Notes: generated by a model not told the origin, from the sequence alone. Counted from the stretch's first letter, positions 1 through 9,893 are shown. The stretch: 64,000 nucleotides of DNA from an uncultured Gammaproteobacteria bacterium (GCA_964596735.1 CAZQVF010000007.1:5772-69771); one strand, 5' to 3'. Numbers and translations: made by a program.

Positions 1-264
1 TTTATTACGATATTGTTATAATATAGATGAAAGTAAATTTCGTTGTACGCTTCAATGTAGGGCTGATCAAGATATAGAAAATTTGGAAAAATTTTGGTCT
101 AAATTAACGAAAATTCCTCGATCACATTTTTATAGAGCCAAGATTGACCCTCGAACTATTGGGAAGCCTTCTAAAAAGAGTGGGTATAAGGGGGTCTGTC
201 GTGTAGATTATTTTTCTGCTGATTTATTTATAGAATTAATGATGATATCTAGTATAATTTATAA

Positions 265-340
265 GGGCCCATAGCTCAGTTGGTAGAGTGTCTGCGTGGC
301 ACGCAGAAGGTCGGGAGTTCGAGCCTCCCTGGGTCCACCA
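265..340 (+). tRNA. tRNA-Ala (anticodon GGC)
   Basis: Cloverleaf read by eye: acceptor GGGCCCA/TGGGTCC with G3:U70, anticodon loop GTGGCAC, T-loop TTCGAGC, encoded CCA. Confidence 0.85.
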
Positions 341-427
341 CTTGGGCATTTGGCCCTTCACTTTAGGGAAAGAGTCCAAGACATTCTTTTATATAATCAT
401 AGGTTTTTTCAATAATTACAAGTAGAG

Positions 428-499
428 GGGCACTTGGCGCAGTGGTAGCGCGTCTGGTTTACATCCAGTAGGTCGGGGGTTCGAATCCCTCAGTGCCCA
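428..499 (+). tRNA. tRNA-Val (anticodon TAC)
   Basis: Acceptor GGGCACT/AGTGCCC, anticodon loop TTTACAT, T-loop TTCGAAT; no encoded CCA. Confidence 0.85.
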
Positions 500-541
500 C
501 TTTCAAAATTATATTAGAGTGATATAATATTTATTTAATTA

Positions 542-613
542 GCCGAGGTAGCTCAGTGGTAGAGCAGTAGACTGAAAATCTACGTGTCGGCAGTCCGATT
601 CTGCCCCTCGGCA
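542..613 (+). tRNA. tRNA-Phe (anticodon GAA)
   Basis: Acceptor GCCGAGG/CCTCGGC, anticodon stem GTAGA/TCTAC with loop CTGAAAA. Confidence 0.85.
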
Positions 614-711
614 CTTTAAAATAGTTAATATATGATAATATTATTTTTAAGTGTTTTTAAAATTTGTCCCGGGTGTAGCTAAACACTCGGTTTTTATTTA
701 AAATTATTTAT

Positions 712-1950
712 ATGAAGAATTCTGTTAATCCTTGGAAAATAGCAAAAAAGCAATTAGACAACATTGCCAAATTATTGGATATGGACAAAAAGGTTTTAAA
801 AAAATTAAGTCAACCAGATAATTTTTTAGAAAAATTTATATCAATCCGAATGGACAATGGCATAAAGAAAAGATTTAAGGCATATCGTTCTCAATATAAC
901 AATACCTTAGGTTCCTATAAGGGAGGCGTTCGCTTTCATCCACAAGTAAACAGAGATGAGGTTATGGCTTTATCAATGTGGATGACGTGGAAATGTTCTT
1001 TGGTAAATATTCCTTTCGGGGGAGGAAAAGGGGGTATAACAGTTAACCCCAAAAAACTTTCTTCTAAAGAATTAGAAAAACTAGCTCGAGGTTATGTAAA
1101 AAGTTTTTCAAATTTTCTAGGAGAAGATAAAGACATTCCTGCTCCTGACGTAGGAGTTAGTTCTCAAATAATAGACTGGATGACAAAGGAGCATATTAAG
1201 AATGGAGGAACTAAAGCTGGTTTTACTGGGAAGTCAGTATCTCTTGGTGGATCAAAAGGGAGGACGCAGGCAACAGGCAGAGGAGGATACTATATTTTAG
1301 AAAGGCTAAAACAAAAATTAAATTTAATTCCTTGCCAAACTAGTATAATTATCCAGGGATTTGGTAATGTGGGTTATTGGTTTGCTCAAGAAGCTTTTAA
1401 AAAGGGATATAAAATTGTTGGTTTAAGTGACTCAAAAGGAGGAATCTTGAGTAATAAATTTAAAAGATTAAATCCCGCAGCAGTTTTAGAACATAAAGAG
1501 AAAACAGGTTCTGTTATAGGTTTTCCCCAGACAAAGACTATTAGCCAACAACAGTTATTAGAGCAGAGGGTAGATGTTTTAGCACCCGCTGCTTTAGAGG
1601 GAGTGATTCATCAGAATAATGTTGATAAAATAAGAGCCAAAATAATTATTGAATTAGCTAATGGACCAGTAGATTCGAGCGTAGATTATATTTTGAAAAG
1701 CAAAAATATTATTGTTATTCCAGATATTTTAGCAAATAGCGGTGGAGTAATTGTGTCTTATTTTGAATGGCGTCAAAATAAAGAGAATAAATTTTGGACA
1801 GAACAAAAAGTTAATCAACGACTTAAACATAAAATAATAAAAAGCCTTGACGATGTTTGGAATATAGCCAGAGAAAGGAAAATAGATATGAGAACAGCCG
1901 CTTATGTTCGAGCGGTTTCTCGAATAGTTAAAGAGATGCAAAACAGTTGA
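712..1950 (+). CDS. gdhA: NAD(P)-dependent glutamate dehydrogenase (Glu/Leu/Phe/Val dehydrogenase family)
   Basis: 412 aa; family-typical GGGKGG motif and Rossmann GFGNVG motif. Confidence 0.9.
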   Translation: MKNSVNPWKIAKKQLDNIAKLLDMDKKVLKKLSQPDNFLEKFISIRMDNGIKKRFKAYRSQYNNTLGSYKGGVRFHPQVNRDEVMALSMWMTWKCSLVNIPFGGGKGGITVNPKKLSSKELEKLARGYVKSFSNFLGEDKDIPAPDVGVSSQIIDWMTKEHIKNGGTKAGFTGKSVSLGGSKGRTQATGRGGYYILERLKQKLNLIPCQTSIIIQGFGNVGYWFAQEAFKKGYKIVGLSDSKGGILSNKFKRLNPAAVLEHKEKTGSVIGFPQTKTISQQQLLEQRVDVLAPAALEGVIHQNNVDKIRAKIIIELANGPVDSSVDYILKSKNIIVIPDILANSGGVIVSYFEWRQNKENKFWTEQKVNQRLKHKIIKSLDDVWNIARERKIDMRTAAYVRAVSRIVKEMQNS

Positions 1951-2014
1951 AAATTATAATAAAAAAGCTAAAATAAAAGAGTTTAAAGGATTTCTGATTT
2001 AATTATTAGATATT

Positions 2015-3433
2015 ATGTCAAAAGTAAAAATTTTAATATTATTTTTTATCATCATTTCTTTTTGTTTTGTTTTCCTTCCTAATATAGTCAGGGCAGAACA
2101 AGATTTCACTTGTGTGGTTTATTTCACTGGCATTGGCTGTCCACATTGTGCCAAGGCAGATCCAATTATTTTAAAAAATTTTTTAAATAAATATCCAGAT
2201 TTAGTTGTTGTTGAATATGAAATTTATCAACAGGTAGAGAACGCTCCTTTGAATTATCAGGCAAGCGAATCTTATCAGACAACTTTTGGCATTCCACGTA
2301 TTATTTTTGGTTCAGAAGATTATCTTGTTGGTGATCAACAAATTATAAATAATTTTAGTTCAAAAGTTAAAGGGTTAAAAGGAAATAAATGTGCTCTAGT
2401 TGATGGTAAAATAATTAGTTTTAGTGGTCTGGATTTAAGCTCATTGCCCGGTAAACCTAAAATTTGGAATCAAAATAGAATTTTGATTAAAAATAATCTA
2501 GAAGGGAATTGGATTTTTGCCTGGAACGGAGAAAATGTTGAAGAAAGAAATACGGAGGATATTATCAATAATAAAGATGTCTTACAAGAATTGATTAAAA
2601 CAGAGAATATTTCAGGGCTTATCCAAGGAATAAACTACAAAACAGTTGGATTAATAACTGTTTCCCTATCTGGACAGAATATAATTTTTAATAATAGCGT
2701 TGAGTTCGTTGTTGAGGGAGTGGGGGAACCAATTAGTCGGGCTCTTACATTGTCTAAAATTTTATCCTTAGCCACTGTAGACGCAATAAATCCCTGTGCT
2801 TTAGCCGTTTTAGCGTTAATGTTGATTACCATCTTAACGTATAATCCAAATAATAAGAGAAAAATTTTATTAGCCGGCCTAGCTTTTGTTTGTTCTGTTT
2901 TTATCATGTACCTTTTTTATGGTTTAGTGATTATTAAGTTTTTTCAATTAATTCAGGCCTTAACCAGTGTACGTTTATGGCTGTATGGGGCTTTAGGATT
3001 TTTAGCGATTGTTTTAGGAATTTTAAATATTAAAGATTTTCTTAAATATAAACCAGGAGGCCTGGGCACAGAAATGCCCATGTTTTTAAGACCTAAGGTT
3101 AAAAAAATAATTTCCAGAGTCACTTCACCGGCTGGAGCATTTGTTGTTGGCGCTCTTGTCACCGTTTTTCTTTTGCCCTGTACTATTGGTCCATATGTAA
3201 TTTGTGGAGGAATTTTATCTACGTTAGGATTGTTAAAATCTCTACCCTGGTTGTTGTTTTATAATTTAATTTTTGTCCTGCCCATGCTGATCATTACTAT
3301 TATTGTTTATTTAGGTGTTGCTAGAGTTGAAAATGTTTCTGACTGGAAAGACAAAAATATTAGATATTTACATTTAATTTCCGGAATAATTATTCTTCTT
3401 TTAGGCTTAGCCATGGTTCTTGGTTGGGTTTAA
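2015..3433 (+). CDS. Thiol:disulfide interchange membrane protein: N-terminal thioredoxin-like CPHC domain fused to CcdA/DsbD-type transmembrane core
   Basis: Signal/TM N-terminus, GIGCPHCAKADP motif, then polytopic domain with paired Cys motifs (DAINPCAL and LLPCTIGPY). Confidence 0.6.
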   Translation: MSKVKILILFFIIISFCFVFLPNIVRAEQDFTCVVYFTGIGCPHCAKADPIILKNFLNKYPDLVVVEYEIYQQVENAPLNYQASESYQTTFGIPRIIFGSEDYLVGDQQIINNFSSKVKGLKGNKCALVDGKIISFSGLDLSSLPGKPKIWNQNRILIKNNLEGNWIFAWNGENVEERNTEDIINNKDVLQELIKTENISGLIQGINYKTVGLITVSLSGQNIIFNNSVEFVVEGVGEPISRALTLSKILSLATVDAINPCALAVLALMLITILTYNPNNKRKILLAGLAFVCSVFIMYLFYGLVIIKFFQLIQALTSVRLWLYGALGFLAIVLGILNIKDFLKYKPGGLGTEMPMFLRPKVKKIISRVTSPAGAFVVGALVTVFLLPCTIGPYVICGGILSTLGLLKSLPWLLFYNLIFVLPMLIITIIVYLGVARVENVSDWKDKNIRYLHLISGIIILLLGLAMVLGWV

Positions 3434-3452
3434 AAAATAATTAGAATGCCAT

Positions 3453-3481
3453 AAAAACAGGCATTGAGCCTGTTTTTATTT
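3453..3481 (+). terminator. Rho-independent terminator after the dsbD-like gene
   Basis: AAAACAGGC-attga-GCCTGTTTT hairpin followed by a T-run. Confidence 0.6.
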
Positions 3482-3491
3482 TGAGTTTATA

Positions 3492-3929
3492 ATGTTTCAA
3501 AACCTAAAAAATAAAATAAGAATTTTACCTATAAAACAAAAGCCAAATGACGTTTGGCTGTCAGGTAAAGTTGTGAGAGGCAGAGGATTGGCAAAAAAAA
3601 TCAAATCCCCTACTTTAAATTTTAATAATCCTAATATTCTTCTGGGACAGAAAAAAGGAGTTTATGCTTGCCTTTTAAAGATACATAAGAAAATATATCA
3701 AGGCGTACTTTATTATGGTCCAAGGTTAATTTTAAAGGAAAAAGAAAATATTCTAGAAGTTTTCGTTTTTGATTTTAATAAAGAAATTTACGGAGAAACA
3801 GTTTTTTTCCAATTAGCTGGTTTTATACGAAAGCCAAAAAATTTCCCAGATTTTATTAGTTTTCAAAAACAATTAAAACAAGATTGTTATAGAGCCATAA
3901 AAATTTTAGAGTCTACCACTAAACAGTAA
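3492..3929 (+). CDS. Riboflavin kinase (RibF C-terminal-domain-like, monofunctional)
   Basis: 145 aa; VVRGRGLAKKIKSPTLNF ... GVYACL ... LEVFVFDFNKEIYGE ... FISFQKQLKQD matches riboflavin kinase domain motifs. Confidence 0.6.
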   Translation: MFQNLKNKIRILPIKQKPNDVWLSGKVVRGRGLAKKIKSPTLNFNNPNILLGQKKGVYACLLKIHKKIYQGVLYYGPRLILKEKENILEVFVFDFNKEIYGETVFFQLAGFIRKPKNFPDFISFQKQLKQDCYRAIKILESTTKQ

Positions 3930-3939
3930 ACTCTTTTTA

Positions 3940-4014
3940 TGGAGCGGGTAGGGGGAATCGAACCCCCGTCATCAGGTTGGAAACCTGAGATAATAACCAC
4001 TATACGATACCCGC
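3940..4014 (-). tRNA. tRNA-Gly (anticodon TCC)
   Basis: Reverse complement GCGGGTATCGTATAGTGGTTATTATCTCAGGTTTCCAACCTGATGACGGGGGTTCGATTCCCCCTACCCGCTCCA; near-identical architecture to a canonical bacterial tRNA-Gly(UCC) as recalled; anticodon loop TTTCCAA; encoded CCA. Confidence 0.85.
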
Positions 4015-4059
4015 TTTATTTGGATTATAAATTAATTTTACGTGTCTGTAAAGACCATA

Positions 4060-4087
4060 TTGACTAATTTGTTTTTTAGATTATAAT
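4060..4087 (+). promoter_or_regulatory. Sigma70-like promoter upstream of the efflux operon
   Basis: TTGACT, 16-nt spacer, TATAAT about 40 nt upstream of the adaptor start codon. Confidence 0.45.
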
Positions 4088-4126
4088 CTAAAATAGAATA
4101 TTAATGAAAGAGGGTATAAATTTAAT

Positions 4127-5851
4127 ATGAAAATAAAAAAGAAACACCTTTTTCTTATTTTAATCATAATAATTATTATTTTTTTAGTTTATTTCTTTAT
4201 TAAAGAAAAAGAACAAGAATATGATGTTATTTCTGTAGAAAAAGGAGATTTAATTCAAGAGGTTAGTGTTATTGGTCGAGTAGAACCGGCAAAGAGCGTT
4301 GATTTGGCATTTGAAAAAAGTGGCCGAGTAGCTAAAGTTAACATTAATATTGGTGATCAAGCAGTTATTGGACAAATTTTAGTAGAATTAGACAATAATG
4401 ATTTAACGGCTCAATTAGCACAAGATCAAGCTGCTTTGGAAAGCGCTCAAGCTGGATTAAGACAATATGAGGCAGCTTTAGATGCAGAGAAAGCAAGGCT
4501 AGATGAATTAAAAGCAGGGGCTAAGTTAGAAGAGATTCAAGTAGTAGAAACAAAGGCTTCTAATGCAGAAAAAACATTGACTGATGCTAGGGTTAATTTA
4601 GAAAATGTGAAAAACAAGGCAGATATTGACCTATTAAACCTTTATGACGGGATTGAAGATATTCTTAATGATGCATATTTTAAGGCAGATGATGCATTAA
4701 ATAAACAAATAGATGATTTATTTTCTAATGACTCTTCGGCTGATCCAACAATAACTTTTTCAACATCTGACTCACAGGCTAAAATAGATGTTGAGCAGGG
4801 TAGGATTAGTGTTGAGCAAGCATTTTTGTCTTTTAAAGCAGAGGTTGATAACCTGTCTTCTTTAGACTTAGATCAAGCTTTAAATAATGGAGAGGAACAT
4901 TTAGTTACTATTAGAATTTTTTTAAATCGTTTAAATGAGGCAGTTAATACGGCAACAGGTTTATCGTCAACAGTTCTTAGTACCTATAAAACCAATATTA
5001 ATACAGCCCGAACCAATATTAATACAGCTATCACTAATATTAATAGTCAGAAACAATTAATTGCTGCTCAAAAAATAACTAATCAAAATAATATTAATAC
5101 TGCCCAGACAGGAATTAATGAGGCTCAGAGCGCTTTAATTTTAGCAAATGACGAACTTATTCTTAAAAAATCTGGAGCAACAGATGAGCAAATCAGAGCT
5201 CAGGAATCAAAAGTTAAACAAGCTGAGTTAAATATCACCTCCCAAAGGGCCCAGGTTAAGCAATCTCAAGCTAAAATTGAGAATGTTCAAGCTCAACTAG
5301 CCAAGACAGTTCTTAAATCTCCAATAAATGGTGTAATTGTTGAACAAGAAGCTAAAGTTGGGGAAATTATTTCACTCAATACTTTAGTTCTTTCAATTAT
5401 TTCTGAGATAGATTTTGAAATAAAATCTAATGTTCCAGAAGCCGATATTGCTAAGATTAGTTTAGATAATTTAGCAAAGGTTACATTAGACGCTTATGGC
5501 AGTGATGTTGAGTTTAATACCAAGGTTACTAATATTAATCCAGCAGAAAGAATTATTGAAGGAGTCGCTACCTATCAGGTTACTTTAAATTTTATTAATA
5601 AAGATGAAAGAATTAAATCAGGAATGACAGCCGATGTTAATATTTTAACTGCTGAGAAAAAGGACGTTTTAATGATTCCCAGCCGGACAATTCTTAAAAA
5701 GAATGGGAGAAAGTTTGTTAAATTATTAATAAATCAAGAAGGAGAAAAAATAATTAAGGAAGTGAATATAGAAACAGGATTAAGGGGCTCTAGGGGTAAA
5801 ATAGAGATTATTAAAGGTTTAGAATTGGGAGATCAAATAGTTCTTCCTTAA
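4127..5851 (+). CDS. HlyD/MacA-family periplasmic adaptor (membrane fusion protein) with greatly extended coiled-coil hairpin
   Basis: N-terminal TM anchor, biotinyl-lipoyl-like and beta-barrel segments at both ends, roughly 300-aa helical Q/A/N-rich insertion with heptad character; followed by MacB-like ATPase and permease. Confidence 0.7.
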   Translation: MKIKKKHLFLILIIIIIIFLVYFFIKEKEQEYDVISVEKGDLIQEVSVIGRVEPAKSVDLAFEKSGRVAKVNINIGDQAVIGQILVELDNNDLTAQLAQDQAALESAQAGLRQYEAALDAEKARLDELKAGAKLEEIQVVETKASNAEKTLTDARVNLENVKNKADIDLLNLYDGIEDILNDAYFKADDALNKQIDDLFSNDSSADPTITFSTSDSQAKIDVEQGRISVEQAFLSFKAEVDNLSSLDLDQALNNGEEHLVTIRIFLNRLNEAVNTATGLSSTVLSTYKTNINTARTNINTAITNINSQKQLIAAQKITNQNNINTAQTGINEAQSALILANDELILKKSGATDEQIRAQESKVKQAELNITSQRAQVKQSQAKIENVQAQLAKTVLKSPINGVIVEQEAKVGEIISLNTLVLSIISEIDFEIKSNVPEADIAKISLDNLAKVTLDAYGSDVEFNTKVTNINPAERIIEGVATYQVTLNFINKDERIKSGMTADVNILTAEKKDVLMIPSRTILKKNGRKFVKLLINQEGEKIIKEVNIETGLRGSRGKIEIIKGLELGDQIVLP

Positions 5852-5859
5852 AAATATCT

Positions 5860-6576
5860 ATGTCTTTAATTAAAACAGAAAAAGTAGAGAAGATTTACGG
5901 AGAAGGAGAAGTAAGAACTCCCGCTTTAAGGGGAGATTCTTTTATTATAGAAAAAGGAGAATTTGTTGCGATTATGGGTCCTTCGGGCTCTGGAAAATCA
6001 ACATTACTTCATATTTTAGGATTTTTAGACAGACCAACAAAAGGAAAGTATTATTTTCAAAATAAATCCATGGACGAATATACGGATGATGAGTTGGCCC
6101 AAATCAGAAATGAGCAAATGGGATTTATTTTTCAAACTTTTAATTTGCTCCCTCGTACTAATGTCTTGGACAATGTAAAGTTGCCTCTTTATTATTCTAA
6201 AATATCAGAATCTTTATGGGATAAAAAAGCAAGAGGAGCACTTGAAATGGTAGGACTTTCTCATCGCTTAAAACATGATCGCTCCCAGCTTTCTGGAGGA
6301 GAACAACAAAGAGTGGCAATTGCCAGGGCCTTGGTTAATGAACCAGATGTTATTTTTGCTGACGAACCGACTGGGAATCTTGATTCAAAATCAGGACAAA
6401 TAATAATGGATATTATTCAAAAACTTAATGACAAGGGTCACACAATTATTATGGTCACTCATGAACAATATACTTCAGAAATGGCTAAAAGAATTATTAA
6501 ATTAAAAGACGGTTTAATTGAAAGCGATACCAAGGTTGTTGAACGGCATTTTGCCAAAGAAGGATTATTTAAGTAA
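5860..6576 (+). CDS. ABC transporter ATP-binding protein (MacB/LolD type)
   Basis: Walker [13 protein letters not shown] signature [15 protein letters not shown], Walker [12 protein letters not shown]. Confidence 0.9.
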   Translation: MSLIKTEKVEKIYGEGEVRTPALRGDSFIIEKGEFVAIMGPSGSGKSTLLHILGFLDRPTKGKYYFQNKSMDEYTDDELAQIRNEQMGFIFQTFNLLPRTNVLDNVKLPLYYSKISESLWDKKARGALEMVGLSHRLKHDRSQLSGGEQQRVAIARALVNEPDVIFADEPTGNLDSKSGQIIMDIIQKLNDKGHTIIMVTHEQYTSEMAKRIIKLKDGLIESDTKVVERHFAKEGLFK

Positions 6577-6579
6577 ATT

Positions 6580-7827
6580 ATGAGAATAAAACACGCCTTT
6601 AAAAATGTCTTTATTGGACTAAAAACGAATAAATCCCGGTCTTTTTTAACTATTTTAGGAATTGTTATCGGAATTACTTCTATTATTTTAATCATGTCTA
6701 TTGGTCAGTCGGCTGAAGATTTGATTTTAAATGAAATCAAAGCAATGGGTGGAAATTTTATTCAGATTAATCCAGGTAAAGAAATAAAAGGACCTCAAGA
6801 CATGGCAGAGATTATGTTCAACGATTCTTTAAAAGATAGAGACATACGAGCCTTAAAAAATAAAAACAACGTTCCTGATTTAGAAGATATTACCCCTGCT
6901 GTTTTTGTTCCGGGAAGTGTTTCATACCGTGGAGAAACCTATAAACCGATTATTATGGGGTGGACAGCAGATTGGATGGCAAAACTTTATGATATTTATC
7001 CAGAAAAAGGAGAGTATTTTACAGAAGATGATATCAAATCTCTTTCGGCTGTAGCCGTAATCGGAGAAAAGGTAAGAGAAGAACTTTTTGGACACACAGA
7101 GGCTATAGGGGAGAAAATTAAAATTAAGGACAAATATTTTCGCGTTGTCGCAGTACTTTCTTCAAAGGGACAGGTTTCTTCTTTTATGGATGTAGATAAA
7201 TTTATCATTATTCCTTATACAACGGCACAAAAATATCTTTTAGGAGTTGATTATTATCCAGAAATTCATATTATGGCCAAAGATGAAAGCCTGGTTCCTG
7301 GAATGGTCGAAGACATAAAGATAACTTTAAGAGAATTACATAACATTGATGATCCAGAAGACGATGATTTTCATATTACTACTTCTGAAGAAATGATTGA
7401 TATGATCAGCCTAATCACGGGTATTTTAACAATTTTATTAACTTCTGTAGCGGCTATTTCTTTAGTAGTTGGCGGGGTGGGAATTATGAATATCATGTTG
7501 GTTTCAGTCACAGAAAAAACCAGGGAGATTGGTTTGAGAAAAGCTTTAGGAGCAAGAAAAAAAGATATTTTAATCCATTTTTTAATTGAATCTGTTGTTT
7601 TAACTTTTATTGGGGGAATGATAGGTATTAGTTTGGGAATATTATTTTCTTATTTAACATCTTTAGTTTTAGCGCAACAAGTGAGCCAGAATTGGCAGTT
7701 TGCTGTTTCAATGCCGGCAATACTTTTGGGCCTAGGGGTTGCTAGTTCAGTCGGACTAATTTTTGGTTTATATCCAGCAAAGAAAGCCTCTTTAAAAAGT
7801 CCAATTGAAGCACTAAGATATGAATAA
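6580..7827 (+). CDS. ABC transporter permease, FtsX/MacB-like
   Basis: 415 aa; N-terminal TM, large periplasmic domain, C-terminal 3-TM FtsX-like domain; overlaps the stop of the ATPase gene. Confidence 0.85.
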   Translation: MRIKHAFKNVFIGLKTNKSRSFLTILGIVIGITSIILIMSIGQSAEDLILNEIKAMGGNFIQINPGKEIKGPQDMAEIMFNDSLKDRDIRALKNKNNVPDLEDITPAVFVPGSVSYRGETYKPIIMGWTADWMAKLYDIYPEKGEYFTEDDIKSLSAVAVIGEKVREELFGHTEAIGEKIKIKDKYFRVVAVLSSKGQVSSFMDVDKFIIIPYTTAQKYLLGVDYYPEIHIMAKDESLVPGMVEDIKITLRELHNIDDPEDDDFHITTSEEMIDMISLITGILTILLTSVAAISLVVGGVGIMNIMLVSVTEKTREIGLRKALGARKKDILIHFLIESVVLTFIGGMIGISLGILFSYLTSLVLAQQVSQNWQFAVSMPAILLGLGVASSVGLIFGLYPAKKASLKSPIEALRYE

Positions 7828-7854
7828 TTTTTAACAAATAAAATCATTGATAAC

Positions 7855-7884
7855 AAAAAAGCAGATTATTTAATCTGCTTTTTT
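7855..7884 (+). terminator. Bidirectional Rho-independent terminator
   Basis: AAAAAA-GCAGATTA-ttt-AATCTGC-TTTTTT, immediately after the permease stop; the plus-strand T-run abuts the tRNA-Pro 3' end. Confidence 0.65.
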
Positions 7885-7957
7885 GGTCGGGATACCGAGA
7901 TTCGAACTCGGGCTAAATCCTCCCAAAGGACTCGTGCTACCGTTACACTATATCCCG
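7884..7957 (-). tRNA. tRNA-Pro (anticodon TGG)
   Basis: Reverse complement CGGGATATAGTGTAACGGTAGCACGAGTCCTTTGGGAGGATT...TCGGTATCCCGACCA; anticodon loop TTTGGGA; encoded CCA. Confidence 0.85.
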
Positions 7958-8089
7958 TTAGTTATTATATTTTACATTTTTTATTTAAAAAATCAAGATA
8001 AAATAGCTTTAAAAAGTTTAACCACCCATTAATTTATAAATATATATATAAATATAATGGGTGGCTTTTTAATTTTTTCCTCCTTGGTT

Positions 8090-8275
8090 TTAGTCTACTC
8101 TTCTAGCTGTTTCAGGAATCAACCTGTTGTCCAGGTCGCTAAGACGAAATTCTAGCCTTTCTTTTTTTCCATCTGAAATCCTTGGATTTGCCAATTTTTG
8201 TTGAATGCTCGCCCTTTCTGTAGTGTAATTTGTCGAGCGGATTGATTTTTTGATGTCTGCTGCAGGTACCTCCAT
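8090..8275 (-). CDS. Hypothetical small protein (61 aa)
   Basis: ORF with GGAGA Shine-Dalgarno 7 nt upstream of the ATG. A CCACCCATT/AATGGGTGG hairpin (8022-8067) lies downstream on the same strand. No recognisable family. Confidence 0.3.
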   Translation of the reverse strand: MEVPAADIKKSIRSTNYTTERASIQQKLANPRISDGKKERLEFRLSDLDNRLIPETARRVD

Positions 8276-8569
8276 TCGCCGGTCTCCTTTTTTGGTTAAT
8301 AAAATCGGCCTTTGTTTGACCGACTTGTTTAATGATTGTCTAATTTTTTAAAACGAAGTCGGCGGTTAATAACTAGTTGATAAAACAACAAACCAAATTA
8401 AACCAAAATGAATTGGTTTAATATTACGTTTAGATTGTTTTGTGTAACTGGTCATATATCCGCCTTTAATTAAATTAATAATATAGAAATTAAATATTTG
8501 TGTCAACAAAACTTTTCCACAGAAATTATTTTGATTGAAAAAGCTATGATTTTTTGTTATGATTCAAAT

Positions 8570-9730
8570 ATGAATTATATTATTTGCCACTACAGTGAAA
8601 TCGGACTTAAAGGTAAGAACCGAAAATTTTTTGAGGAAAAATTGATTGAAAACATCAAACGTTGTTTGGATGCTCGTTTATACGAATTTGTTAAAAGAAT
8701 TTCTGGTAGGATTATTATTAGATTAAACCCAAGAGGAATAGAAAAGCAATCAGAAATTAAAATTGCCTTAAAAAATGTTTTTGGTTTGGCTTATTTTTGT
8801 TTTGCTCATGAATCTGAGCAAAACATAGAATCAATTAAACTGCAGGGTTTAGAAATTTTAAAGCAAAAAGATTTTAACAGTTTTCGCATTTTAACTAAAA
8901 GATCAAAGAAAAATTTTTACTTAACTTCTCCAGAAATTGACAGCCAAGTGGGGAAATATATTGTAGATAATCTAAAGAAAAAAGTTGATTTGAAAAATTC
9001 AGAGATAATACTTTTTATTGAAATAGTAGAAAAATACACTTTTCTTTATTTAGAAAAAATTAAAGGACAAGGAGGTTTGCCCGTTGGAGTTAGTGGCCAG
9101 GTTTTGCTTTTACTTTCTGGTGGAATTGATTCACCAGTGGCTGGTTTTCAGTTAATGAAAAGAGGCCTTAAGCTATGTTTTATTCATTTTCATACTTATC
9201 CTTATACGACCGAAAAGTCAATCAAGAAGACAGAAAAAATGGTTAAACGTTTATCAAGGTTTCAAGGGAAATCTAAGCTTTATCTAATTCCTTTTGCAGA
9301 AATTCAAAAACAAATAGTTTTAAAAGCACCAGTTAAGTTAAGAGTAATTTTTTACCGACGATTAATGGTCAAGATTGCCCAAGAAATTGCTAAAAAAGAA
9401 AATATTTCTGTTTTGGCGACTGGTGATAACTTGGGTCAAGTAGCCTCTCAGACACTGGAAAATATTAATGTTATTACTCAGGCAGTTGAGATGCCCATCC
9501 TCAGGCCCTTAATTACTTTTGATAAAGAAGAAATAGTTAATAAAGCAAAGGAAATTGATACTTATAAGATTTCTATTTTACCTGATCAAGATTGTTGTAG
9601 TCGGTTTGTGCCAAAACATCCAGAAACAAAAGCTTGTTTAAAAGATGTTAACAAAGCTGAAAAAAAACTTAAAATAAAAAAATTGATTAAAATCGCTATA
9701 AAACAAATTGAGATAAAACAGATTATCTAA
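8570..9730 (+). CDS. thiI: tRNA 4-thiouridine(8) synthase ThiI (THUMP plus PP-loop ATPase)
   Basis: PP-loop LLLSGGIDSPVAGFQLMKRG; N-terminal IICHYSEIGLKGKNR typical of the ThiI start. The ORF opens at 8498, but the in-frame ATG at 8570 fits the family N-terminus better. Confidence 0.8.
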   Translation: MNYIICHYSEIGLKGKNRKFFEEKLIENIKRCLDARLYEFVKRISGRIIIRLNPRGIEKQSEIKIALKNVFGLAYFCFAHESEQNIESIKLQGLEILKQKDFNSFRILTKRSKKNFYLTSPEIDSQVGKYIVDNLKKKVDLKNSEIILFIEIVEKYTFLYLEKIKGQGGLPVGVSGQVLLLLSGGIDSPVAGFQLMKRGLKLCFIHFHTYPYTTEKSIKKTEKMVKRLSRFQGKSKLYLIPFAEIQKQIVLKAPVKLRVIFYRRLMVKIAQEIAKKENISVLATGDNLGQVASQTLENINVITQAVEMPILRPLITFDKEEIVNKAKEIDTYKISILPDQDCCSRFVPKHPETKACLKDVNKAEKKLKIKKLIKIAIKQIEIKQII

Positions 9731-9740
9731 TTTTTCCCTC

Positions 9741-9767
9741 TTGACTTTTTACTAAGATTGATATAAT
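9741..9767 (+). promoter_or_regulatory. Sigma70-like promoter with extended -10 (TGaTATAAT) upstream of the dksA-like gene
   Basis: TTGACT, 15-nt spacer, TG-n-TATAAT; about 120-nt leader with a GGAGG Shine-Dalgarno. Confidence 0.5.
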
Positions 9768-9893
9768 ATTTTATTATCTTTGTTTTATTATTTAAAGATA
9801 GAAAGGAGGAACGTTAAGGAGGTTGGGTCGCCATAGGCCCGTTAAGAGATCATTCAAAATAGATAAAACTGAAACTCAAATTAGGAGAGAACT

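Noticed and set aside
83-274. 63-aa ORF at the window start
   Set aside because: Low-complexity and AT-rich, runs into the tRNA-Ala gene, and has no Shine-Dalgarno or family resemblance. Probably non-coding upstream DNA.
3940-4014. Initial reading of this tRNA as tRNA-Trp (CCA)
   Set aside because: That reading needs a 5-nt anticodon loop. With a proper 7-nt loop (TTTCCAA) the anticodon is TCC, and the whole sequence closely parallels a canonical tRNA-Gly(UCC).
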